Under the pieces are notes generated by a model. That model was not told the DNA's origin. It did not search any database and saw only the letters and a list, made by a program, of their open reading frames with translations. The position numbers and the translations under genes are program-made. A DNA stretch of 63,985 nt, counting the filler, from Barthelona sp. PAP020 (lineage: Eukaryota): assembly GCA_040182905.1 (NCBI GenBank). It is 4 parts of 4 records of this genome, joined end to end, with 100 filler letters (N's around TTAATTAATTAA, not from the genome) between each part and the next. Parts side by side here need not be neighbours in the genome. Positions count along the whole stretch, not along the records: positions 17,330 to 34,481 come from JARQWU010000248.1; positions 34,582 to 51,773 come from JARQWU010000249.1; 2 more parts are not named here. One strand, written 5' to 3'. Of this stretch, positions 31,937-42,000 are shown piece by piece (within the stretch, counting starts at the first letter, position 1; every line of letters begins with the position of its first letter).

Positions 31937-33811
31937 TCAATAATTGGAAATCAACAGGTCATATATTTGTGAATGTTCATTATCTCTTGCAATTTCTATA
32001 AGGGGAATACCTTCCTTCATTTTAGGATTTAAATTCGCATTACACTCTAATAACAATTGAACAACCTCAAGATGACCATTTTCACAACTGATATGCAACG
32101 GTGAAATGCCATCATTATTACACAAATTAATATCAGCTCCATTATTCAACAACATTTCAACAACATCAATCTGTCCACATTGGCAACTGATAAACAATGG
32201 TGACTCACCATCTTTAGAACGAAAATTGACATGAGCCCCATTGTCCAAAAGCATTTTAGCAACATCAAGATGACCCTTACAACAACTAATATATAATGAA
32301 GAAGCATCATTACTAAGGAGTGAATCAACATCAGCCCCATGATCCAAGAGCATTTTAGCAATATCAATATGGCCCTTGCAACAACTAATATACAATAAAG
32401 AAGCACAATCATTTTTGCATAAATAATCATGTTTACGATTTAATAACAATTGAACAACCTCAAGATGACCATTTGCACAACTGATATACAACGGTGAGAT
32501 GCCATCATTATTACACAAATTAATATCAGCTTTACAATCCAAGAGCTTTTTGGCAACATTGCTATAACCATTTTGACAACTAATAAACAATGGAGAAGCA
32601 CCATTGTTCTGACACAACGTAACATAATCACAAAAATCCAGCAAAAAGTTAACAACTTCAATATGTCCATTACAAGAGGCCATCCAAAGCGATGTTTTTC
32701 CTTCTTTGTCTTGTTTGTTCACATTGACTCCAACTTTAATGAACTGTTTGACAATCTCAAGATTTCCATTGCCTGCTGCATCATATATCTCCATTGGAAC
32801 ACCATCAACTTCAAATTTACCCGCTCTAAACTCATCTGGAATACTAACACTGTCCATGTTATGTTTAATCCATGGATTTTCAAGAATAGTATCGATAACC
32901 TTCTTTAAATAATCAGTAATCAATTCAAATGATGGTCGTTCATTGGGTTTTTTGTCAAAACAATTCTTTAAAATGCCATGACCAGGAACAGAAATAATCA
33001 TCTCGTCGGAATAAGGTAAATACCCGTTCAACAGCTCCATAAATGTTTCAATATCAGTATTTCCATTAAAAGGTGGAATGTTTGTTATTACATACATCAT
33101 CATCACAGCAAATGCCCACACATCAACAGCTTTTCTATTGAGTTTGTCATCATTTTGGCTTTTAATAACTTCAGGAGCACTATAACCAATGGAACCAATC
33201 ATAGAAACCACTGACATACTGTTAGAATCAGTCACTGTCCCAAAATCGCTCAAAGCAGGAATGAACTTCCCCTTCACTTTCTTTAAAAGAACGTTATTTG
33301 GCTTTAAATCACCATGCACTAAACCGGATTCATGACAATAATCCAGAGTAGAGGCAACTTGCATGAGTATCGTGAGTTTTTCCATCAACGAAAGATTGGG
33401 TATTTCATGTTCAAGAACTGAGTCACAAAATTCCATAACAATTCCAGTTTTACCATTAATTTCAGTAATTCCATGAATTTGACGAATGAAAGGATGATTT
33501 AGGACCATTGGCATGCATTCTTTGCGAAAATCGTAATCATTTGGTTTGTTATGAAAGAATTTGATAATAATATTAATTTTGTCTCTTTCAGCAGTACTCA
33601 AATATGCAAAAGCACCACTTGCAAAAACATGATTGATTATTTTAATGGTAGATCCCGAAATATCTGTAAGTATCAAGTTGTTCATGAGTTCTGTGAATGA
33701 CCCTAAATTTTCATTCCGATTTTGGCTTTTCGGTCGCCAATCATTCAAAAAATTGATGCCAATATCATTTTCTATCTCTCTAATGGTTGATTCAATTGTT
33801 TCTTCGGTCAT
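31937..33811 (-). CDS. Protein kinase fused to ~9 ankyrin repeats
   Basis: ASGAFA loop, IIIK, HGDLKPNNVLL, SDFG, GSIGYSAPE, DVWAFA; then cap PWIKHNMD...IYDAAGNGN and ankyrin units like those of 377-2266. Confidence 0.93.
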   Translation of the reverse strand: MTEETIESTIREIENDIGINFLNDWRPKSQNRNENLGSFTELMNNLILTDISGSTIKIINHVFASGAFAYLSTAERDKINIIIKFFHNKPNDYDFRKECMPMVLNHPFIRQIHGITEINGKTGIVMEFCDSVLEHEIPNLSLMEKLTILMQVASTLDYCHESGLVHGDLKPNNVLLKKVKGKFIPALSDFGTVTDSNSMSVVSMIGSIGYSAPEVIKSQNDDKLNRKAVDVWAFAVMMMYVITNIPPFNGNTDIETFMELLNGYLPYSDEMIISVPGHGILKNCFDKKPNERPSFELITDYLKKVIDTILENPWIKHNMDSVSIPDEFRAGKFEVDGVPMEIYDAAGNGNLEIVKQFIKVGVNVNKQDKEGKTSLWMASCNGHIEVVNFLLDFCDYVTLCQNNGASPLFISCQNGYSNVAKKLLDCKADINLCNNDGISPLYISCANGHLEVVQLLLNRKHDYLCKNDCASLLYISCCKGHIDIAKMLLDHGADVDSLLSNDASSLYISCCKGHLDVAKMLLDNGAHVNFRSKDGESPLFISCQCGQIDVVEMLLNNGADINLCNNDGISPLHISCENGHLEVVQLLLECNANLNPKMKEGIPLIEIARDNEHSQIYDLLISNY

Positions 33812-34023
33812 GGTGTGTAAGAAGAAAAAGTAAAAAAGCTAAAAAATAATTTGATACACAAACATTCTAAAATGTTTATCAGAACAACCAGTTTGGTGTT
33901 GAAATCAGTATCGATAATATGGAAAGAACAAGTTTATTGAACATATGATATTTTCACTTCACAAACAATCCAAAAATTTGAGAAATTTTTACTTTTGGAC
34001 CATTTGTAAATTCAACAAATAAT

Positions 34024-34207
34024 TATTTCCAAGCCAAGAAGCACTGTGTATGAGTGAATAAAAAAGAATAGTGTTTATTTGGTTAAAGGCTTTCGAGGCC
34101 CGATTGATCTGTTGAAAAACTTTAGATTTTCTAAGGCAAAGTTTAAACTTTAAAATTTTGCTTTTTGCAAAAATATAAAAAAAGCAGGGTCAAAAATTCT
34201 TTCCAAA
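34024..34207 (+). repeat. Repeat family R1, copy B
   Basis: tatttccaagccaagaagcactgtgtatgagtgaataaaaaagaatagtgtttatttggttaaaggctttcgaggcccgattgatctgttgaaaa...; near-perfect inverted match to 35894-36077. Confidence 0.92.
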
Positions 34208-34481
34208 CACACAACCTGGATTCACACAATTTACTTTCAGTCTGGATCTCACACCCTGAGTTTTTCCGAAATTCACTAAAATGACTTTTTGGGTTTCTTT
34301 TCATTGAAAATAAGTTTATGTCACTACTGGAGCAAAATATTAGACCACTTTTATCTTTTCTTATTGTTAACATATCAATTATTGGAGTCCAACACAACAA
34401 GAACAAAAAATATTGATAATAAATGATGTTGATTTTATTAACTAAATTGAAGGTTGTCACACTAACAACATTAGAGACTCT

Positions 34482-34581
34482 NNNNNNNNNNNNNNNNNNN
34501 NNNNNNNNNNNNNNNNNNNNNNNNNTTAATTAATTAANNNNNNNNNNNNNNNNNNNNNNNNNNNNNNNNNNNNNNNNNNNN
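34482..34581. other. Artificial contig linker (N44-TTAATTAATTAA-N44)
   Basis: Same 100-bp structure as the other gaps. Confidence 0.97.
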
Positions 34582-35366
34582 GGGACATAAATGGTGGTAA
34601 TGTTGTTTTGGAAGAAAAACATCACACTGGTTGGATTTGGAGAATAAGAATTTCACCAGATGGCAAATATCTTCTGACTGGAAGTGGTGATGGCAGTGCA
34701 AAATTAATTGATGCAGACAATCTTTCACTTGTTCAAACATTCAATAATAGAGGTACTGTTAGAGCTGTTGGCTTCCATCCCACCCAAAGAGTTGTTTTTA
34801 CTGGAGATGAGTTAAAAAGAGCCAGAATCTGGAACATGGACGGTGGATCAATTGTTCATACATTTAACTTAAGCGATGCAGTTTTTGATTTTTCTGTCGT
34901 GCCACCCAATAATTTTATTGTTATGGCAAGTAGGGGATATATTATCTCTTATAATTTGCATACTTTTCAAGAAATTCAAAAGATTCCGTTAAGTTGTGAT
35001 GTTTCTCATTTTTGCATTACTGCAAGCCCTGATAAAAGACAGTTAGTCTGTGGAAGATGTTCAAACAACCTTATTAAGACATTTTCATTGTCATTTTTAT
35101 ATGACAATTCACACATGTCAGAACTTGTTGAATTATCAAAGCACAGTGGCTTTGTGTTGTCAAATTTCATACAAATTAATAAAAACAGTCAAATAATCAG
35201 GCAGTTGGTAGCTGGTGGAATTGATATGAATGAAGAGGAGTATAACATGGTCATTAATACTTGCTGGGATTTAGTTGACATAAATGAAGCTAATGGTGGC
35301 AATTTGCATTTGTTTATGAACCGTAAAAGCGATAATGACGATGATGATGATGATGATGATGATTAA
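34582..35366 (+). CDS. WD40-repeat protein (5' partial) with the same 82-aa C-terminal domain as the ankyrin gene
   Basis: HTGWIWRIRISPDGKYLLTGSGDGSAKLID, VRAVGFHP...RARIWNMD WD repeats; tail SELVELSK...CWDLVDINEANGGN...DDDDDDDDD. Confidence 0.92.
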
Positions 35367-35646
35367 GTAATTCCACAACTTCAACATTGTTATCAAGTTG
35401 TGTGATTAACCATTTCTTGTACTGTTGCTTTTTGGTGTGATTTTTTTATTTGTTGATTATTATATTGAGGCAGCTTGATTCAAAGTCGATCGAGATTTGT
35501 TATTATCAATCTTAGGGAACACTTCATTTCCTTTTTCTTTATTTTGCAACCTATTTTTGTTTTATGTAAATTGTGTTTTATTTTTTGTATTTGAAGATGA
35601 AGATGGTTTTTTGTAAAAAATAAAAATAAAATAAAAATAATTTATT

Positions 35647-35760
35647 TATTTCCAAACCAAGAAGCACTGTCCATATGAGTGAACAATGGTGTTATTTGTG
35701 TTATTTAGTTAATAGATTTCAAAACCCGATTAATCTGTTGAAAAAACTTTAGGTTTTCTA
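35647..35760 (+). repeat. Repeat family R1, copy C (truncated, diverged)
   Basis: tatttccaaaccaagaagcactgtccatatgagtgaac...cccgattaatctgttgaaaaaactttaggttttcta; same orientation as B, ~280 bp 3' of the WD40 stop. Confidence 0.85.
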
Positions 35761-35893
35761 TGGTAATTGGTCAAGTTGTGAAACACTAAATTTATTTACA
35801 AAGAAAAAGAAATCAGAGAAAACTCATTTCAATAAATCTCAGCCACAGAAGATGAGTGGCTGCAATTGAATCTTGGTCATCAAGTATGAAAAT

Positions 35894-36077
35894 TTTGGAA
35901 AAATTTTCCATTCCAATTTTTTTGTATTTTTGCAAAAGTAAAATTTTAAAGTTTGAACTTTCCCTCAGAAAATCTAAAGATTTTCAACAGATCAATCGGG
36001 TCTCGAAAGCCTTTAACCAAATAAACACAATTCTTTTTTGTTCACTCATACGCACAGTGCTTCTTTGCTTGAAAATA
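35894..36077 (-). repeat. Repeat family R1, copy D (inverted relative to B and C)
   Basis: ...tttcaacagatcaatcgggtctcgaaagcctttaaccaaataaacacaattcttttttgttcactcatacgcacagtgcttctttgcttgaaaata. Confidence 0.92.
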
Positions 36078-36315
36078 CACTAAAACCTTTCCAAGACTGA
36101 AAAAACTCAGCAATCCCTCCTCTTTTACTATTATAGGCAATAGCCAATAAATAATTTTTGGAACAATAATTGATGATTAAAAAAAAAAGATTTGTTTACA
36201 TCTAAAAGTTGAACCCTTCAATGAAACCACTGGATCAAAATTTTGAAACAAGAAAATAAACAGCAAACATATATAAATAAAACCACTTTTCGTCAAAAAT
36301 TGAAATGAAATCCAA

Positions 36316-36795
36316 TTATGGTGGTTGACTGATCAACTCAATATTGGGAATTTCTTCAGGATGTAATTCAGGACCTTTTGCATTTCTTGAACCTACACAT
36401 CGTAAAACTGCAAAATATCCTGAATCTTCACAGTTGTTAGGGGTCAAAACCAAAGAATCTTGCAAATTTTCATTAATTTCCAAAATTTCTCCTTTATCTT
36501 TACCAGCAAGACCATAAAAATCAAATTTTTCACCATCTTCACAAATAATTTGAGCAAGAATGGAGGTTTTACCAATCTTTTGAGCACCTTTTTTCTTTTT
36601 TCCAGACACATTTGGTTTGTATAAATACTCTATTCTTTCAATTCCATGAGAAAACGCAATGTGATCATCACAAATACCAACAATTGCCAAACCATTTCGA
36701 AGAAGATGAATGTATTGATTATGTCCTGGTTTCTGATAATTAGAGATCTTATATATAAAACAATATCGATGAATTGGATCCATAAGAACATTCAT
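36316..36795 (-). CDS. ABITRAM: Actin-binding transcription modulator (FAM206A/Simiate family)
   Basis: QYIHLLRNGLAIVGICDDH, NVSGKKKKGAQ, GEILEINENL, GYFAVL. Confidence 0.8.
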   Translation of the reverse strand: MNVLMDPIHRYCFIYKISNYQKPGHNQYIHLLRNGLAIVGICDDHIAFSHGIERIEYLYKPNVSGKKKKGAQKIGKTSILAQIICEDGEKFDFYGLAGKDKGEILEINENLQDSLVLTPNNCEDSGYFAVLRCVGSRNAKGPELHPEEIPNIELISQPP

Positions 36796-36832
36796 TGTTA
36801 AAAATTGAGAAATGTATTTTTTTCTTTTTCAA

Positions 36833-37285
36833 ATGATGATTGTTAATTATTCAAATACGCTGAAAATCTTTAAAACTTTCCGACAATATTCGAGTGAAGT
36901 CCTTAATCGAGCCAGAAATCCAAAACACTTCGGTTATTTTGATGAAACTCTCCCCAATGTTGGAACGGCTTTCGTAGGCTCTGCAGCATGCGGAGATCTA
37001 TTAAAATTACAGATTAAAGTGGATGAAGAAGATCAAAAAGATGAAATAATATCAGATGCTGTTTTTCAAACATTTGGTTGTTGTTCTGCAATAGCTTCTT
37101 CCGATTTAGCAACTGAATGGTTGATTGGAAAATCGCTTGAAGATGCCACCAAGATTAACAATACATCTATTGCTGAACATTTACGTTTGCCTGGTCTAAA
37201 AAGACATTGCAGTGTTTTGGCAGAAGAAGCAATTGCTGATGCTATTCTTGATTATCAAATGAAAAAAAGTGATAAAAATTCATAA
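36833..37285 (+). CDS. ISCU: Fe-S cluster scaffold IscU with short N-terminal presequence
   Basis: YSSEVLNRARNPKHFG, GSAACGDLLKLQIKV, FQTFGCCSAIASS, HCSVLAEEAIADAI; start could be 36812. Confidence 0.93.
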   Translation: MMIVNYSNTLKIFKTFRQYSSEVLNRARNPKHFGYFDETLPNVGTAFVGSAACGDLLKLQIKVDEEDQKDEIISDAVFQTFGCCSAIASSDLATEWLIGKSLEDATKINNTSIAEHLRLPGLKRHCSVLAEEAIADAILDYQMKKSDKNS

Positions 37286-37308
37286 ACTTTTCAATCCTAA
37301 CAAAAAAA

Positions 37309-38439
37309 TCAAAAATTTACAAAACAATTGAAATAATACAGTTTGCCGCAAATTGAATCATCACGAACAATTAATCCATCTATTTCATATTGATATAGCA
37401 ACATTTCTGCCACTCCTAGAGCGATGCCCAAATGATTTCCAATATTAACAACAGACACACCTTTTGAAACATCTTTTTCCAAAAAATTGATGACTTGATT
37501 TTTGAGATTATCAAGTGATTTAGAATTTTCTTGGATTAACTTTACTCCATTTGGAAATTCAGTAACCACAAATTGAGATGTGGAAGGAAGGATATTCAAC
37601 GCACATAACATATCATCTGGAGAGATTAATTCAGCTCCTCTGGCTCTATTATAGTAGCAATAAAAATCAGTTAATGTCATTGCTCCCTTGGCTTGTGGTA
37701 ATAGCTTGGTCAAAAAATCGGCAAATTCAAAAGCCAATTGTGTATGATAATCAGATTTGAACTGACTTTTGGTCACAGGGGAAGAAATACCCAGATCAAT
37801 CATCATTTCATCAAATTCATTCTTTTCAGAATCATTTGTTAACTTCTTTTGCAAACGATTTGACATCGCTACCACTTCTCTAACTGAAGACATAAGAGAA
37901 TTTAAATTGTTAAAAGCATTTCCCAAAAGATCGTCATTATATTGTAAAGCTGCTTCTGTTTTTTTCTTTATACCAGCAATACCATGCATTTTTTTAGCTT
38001 CTTCCATTTCTTTTGTGACAACTTTTGTATCGATCTTTTTCCAGGCCTTTAAATCAAACGCGTGACTCATTATAGATGGAATATCATATGCTTTGTCTGA
38101 AAATTCAAAAGAAAAATATTTGGTTGGAATATCATCATCTTCGTTTTCTTGCAAAGGTTTAACATGTAATTTTAATGAACTGGGGGTCAAACCAAAAAAT
38201 CTTCTTTCACAAAACTCATGGTTAACGACATCCTCTAAATTCACAAAAATTCTCATTAATTCACATAATACTATTATTCTATGTGAAGTGAATTTTATTT
38301 CGCAATGTTCGCTCAATAATGTGTTTAATTCATACCATTTCACTTCCCTTTTTGTAACAGAGACCACTTCATCCTTAAATAATACGACTCTGCCCCTGTC
38401 ATCGAGGTCTATATTCCTATAATAAAATATTTCACTCAT
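37309..38439 (-). CDS. VPS36: ESCRT-II subunit Vps36
   Basis: GLUE-like FTSHRII, GIAGI, AFNNLNSLM, LGISSPVTK, YCYYNRARGAELISPDD, VRDDSICG. Confidence 0.9.
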   Translation of the reverse strand: MSEIFYYRNIDLDDRGRVVLFKDEVVSVTKREVKWYELNTLLSEHCEIKFTSHRIIVLCELMRIFVNLEDVVNHEFCERRFFGLTPSSLKLHVKPLQENEDDDIPTKYFSFEFSDKAYDIPSIMSHAFDLKAWKKIDTKVVTKEMEEAKKMHGIAGIKKKTEAALQYNDDLLGNAFNNLNSLMSSVREVVAMSNRLQKKLTNDSEKNEFDEMMIDLGISSPVTKSQFKSDYHTQLAFEFADFLTKLLPQAKGAMTLTDFYCYYNRARGAELISPDDMLCALNILPSTSQFVVTEFPNGVKLIQENSKSLDNLKNQVINFLEKDVSKGVSVVNIGNHLGIALGVAEMLLYQYEIDGLIVRDDSICGKLYYFNCFVNF

Positions 38440-39072
38440 TTCCAAAAAAACAATTAACAAAAAATTTTATTTCTGAAGACATATTCACACAATGAATCGT
38501 AAAAAGGGCAACTTATTCATGTCTTGTCTCATTAATTGCATTATATATTCATATTTGAGGTCTTTTCTTTTGTTTGATAGGACTGATCTTCTTGTAAATG
38601 ACTAGTAAACATGACATTTCTATTTTTCAGAGCAATTCCACATTTGATTGAAAATTTCTTCCTGGATATGAATGTCGAAAACTACCAGAATCCTTTTTCT
38701 TTCAATTTTCCTATTTATTTTATAAAACTTTCAAATTACCTTTGATTCTGTGGTTTAGTCTAAAAGAAAAAGTATAGATCAAAAAAAAAAAAATCTTTTG
38801 CTGAAGCTCACAGTAATGATTGAGTCAAGACTTAGATTTCAGAATGTATTTCAAAAAAAATATCAAAGAAATGTAAATTGATCAACAGAATATTTGCAAA
38901 ATCGTTTGAAAGGGGTAAAGAATTAAGTATCATCATATTTTTAATAAATTTACCTCAAATTTCTGTTTTACTCCAACAAAAGCAGAATAAACAAAAGGCA
39001 AATTTGAATTTTATGAATTTATTGGGAAATAATCTTTTTTTTTGTGAATATTTTCGAATCTAATTATGTTAA

Positions 39073-42000
39073 ATGTCAACATGTTATAATTCATTACAAT
39101 CGATATTAAAAACAAAAAATTTTTCCCCAAACCATGATATTTTTTCAATTCAATTTAATCAATCAAACAAATTGGTTGCAATTGTTTATCTGTCTTTTAA
39201 TTCATCTAAATTATTTTTATATAAGTGTACTTCGGATTTTGAATTGATTTTAATGTGTATTTTTGATCATCATGAAAGTTCAGTCCAATATATTTGTTTT
39301 TACAATGAAAATACGTTAGTATCTATAGATATTGATAATATAATGATAATATATGAATTTGAAATGCCATATGGATCAAAAATAAGTCATAAAAAAATTA
39401 AATTAGATTTTGCTGTAAACAAATGTAAAATGTCATTTAATTATGGATTATTGATATCTTCATTGTATAATAATGCAATTTATTTGGTTAATATTGATGG
39501 TGGTGTTTATAAATTAGCTGAGCATTTACCTTTTTTGCCCATTGATATATGTGGGTATTTAACCACAAAAAAGAAAGGAATTTTAGGGGTTATAATGAAT
39601 GATCGGGCATATATGGTTGAATTAACAAAACAAGGAACAATATGTCATTGTGTGAATGATTTGCCATTTATTAACATTGAATATTGGAAGGGAATGTTTT
39701 TTTTGATACAACCAAACAGAGTTATTGTTAAAAATAACAATAATGGTATGGAAAATGAATTGATTGGGGATGTAATTCATAAGGTTATTGTACAGACAGA
39801 TTGCATTATTTTTTTATTTACTACAACAATTCAGCAGATTGTAAATGATAAAACTGAAAAAAAATCTCAATTTTGTGTGAAAATTTTTGCAAATGACCAA
39901 GAGTTACTGTTTCAATTGGACAATCGAACCGAATGGATTAGCTATGTGTGGAAGACACGAACTTTATTTTATTTGTCAAATAAATTTGAAAAAAAACATG
40001 AAAAAGTTCAAATGCTAAAATTTGCAAATAGTTTTATGAGCAGGTTTTTTCTTTTGAAAATTAAAAATAAGTTTATAAAAATTGAAATGACTGATGTGAA
40101 TGTAAAGATTTATTCTTTAACTGATTTAAAACTCTTAAGTATTTTATCATTAAAAGGCATTGTTCATTTATGTTTCTTAAGTGAACATGCGTATATGACG
40201 ACAAACAATACTGTTTATCAAGTTTCATTGATTGATGGAAAAATTAAGAATTCGTTTGAATGTCAGCACCTGTCGAATATCATCGATATTTCTGTTATTG
40301 CTTTGCAAACTGAAAGAATCAATCTGTTGAAAATTATTTTTGAGCTTGATTCACCTCTTTATTTATATTTAGATGAAATTGAACAAACTGAAGCTGTAGT
40401 ATCAACTTTTTATGGTATCGATTGTACTCCTTTTACAATTTTTAAAAATTGCGTTCCATTTTTAAGTATTGAGGATTATTTAAACACTTCATGTTCAAAT
40501 TATTATTCTTTGTGTCAATTCGAAATTAACAGAAAAGATGATGATTTAAAGAATAATGAAATGAAAATACAGCCTTTCAAACAATTTTTACTCAGATATT
40601 TGGCAAAAAATGAGGAAAAAAAGAATGATGATGAAACGGGATATATCTATTCGGAAGAAGGTCTTCAAATTAACGAATATTATTTAGCAAATTCAAATAT
40701 CAATAATGTTCCTCAAATCAATATCTATGTGACAAAAAAAGATGATCCCTTTGAAAAACTGACCAATCAATTTTTGTTTGATTCAATCAAACCTTTTCTT
40801 TTGTATTGGAAAGTTAACTTGTTGCCAAATATTGATAAATTATTTGATTCTTTTCACAACGCTGACATTTACTCATTGAAAGATGAATTTTATAAAGGTT
40901 TGTTTTTCAACATTTTTGATAGTAACACATGGGTTGACAGTAGCATGTTTGAAGATTGGATATTCTTTGTAAGTGATGAAATAACTTCTGAATGGCTAAT
41001 GATGTGTTGTTGTCTTATTTATTATTTTCAAAAATTCAATCAATCTGATTTCGTTAAAATATTTAATGAAGAATTAATATTGTTTTTAAATCGTAACTTT
41101 TACGAAAATTCTAAGTTTAAGATTCCGAATTTTGAGTATTTTTTTGGTTTTTTAGAAAATTTTGATATTTCTTCTGAAATTGCAGAAATTTGTGTTACAA
41201 TAGTATGTTCGAGTTTGAATTATAATGTTAGAACATTACAAAGAAAGAAAAATAGAAAAAAATACATTTTATCTTATATGGATCAAATTTCTTCCCATCC
41301 TGAAAACATTAGTTCTTTAATCGTTTATTTTATTATGTTTCAACATTTCAAACCAATTGAATTTTCAAATTTTGATGTAACTTTTTACAAGATGATAGAT
41401 TCACTTTCTAAAATTAAAAAAATATATGCTCAAAGAAATGTTTTGAAAATTTTAAAATATTTAACAAATGAATTTGAAGCTATAAACAAATATTCAATTG
41501 ATTACTGTGAATATTTGGTAAAAAGCTTATCTCAAAACATATATGTTGAATTAAAAGCAGACAGTAAAGCTCAATTGTTAACATTTGTTCAAAAAAATGA
41601 TGAAAAATACGTTCAATTCTTGTTCAAATATTTATTTTCTGAAATTAAAAACAATAAAAATTTGCAATGTTTAAATGTTTTAAATTTTCTCATTCTAGAA
41701 AATCATAATTTAATTGAAAATCATTTGGACATTGTTTGTTATCAAACACTTGAATTATTCGGTTGCTTTTTCAGAACTGATCCCCTTTTTAGAGATAGCA
41801 TTTTTAAAATATTGAGAAATTTGGAAAAATGCTTTGGGTGGTTTGCTATTGATTTTGAGATCCATTTAGCTTTAATCATTTCAAAAAAACATGACAAAAA
41901 GAAATTGGATAATTTTCGTAAATCTCCAAAGCCCACACAATCCATTCAACTTGCAATTGTCAATCTTTTAAATTTATCTCAAACATATATTGATTTGAAT

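Noticed and set aside
38470..38870. Long intergenic stretches that look like decayed coding DNA (also 22800-23060)
   Set aside because: No translatable motif or second copy that I could support by eye
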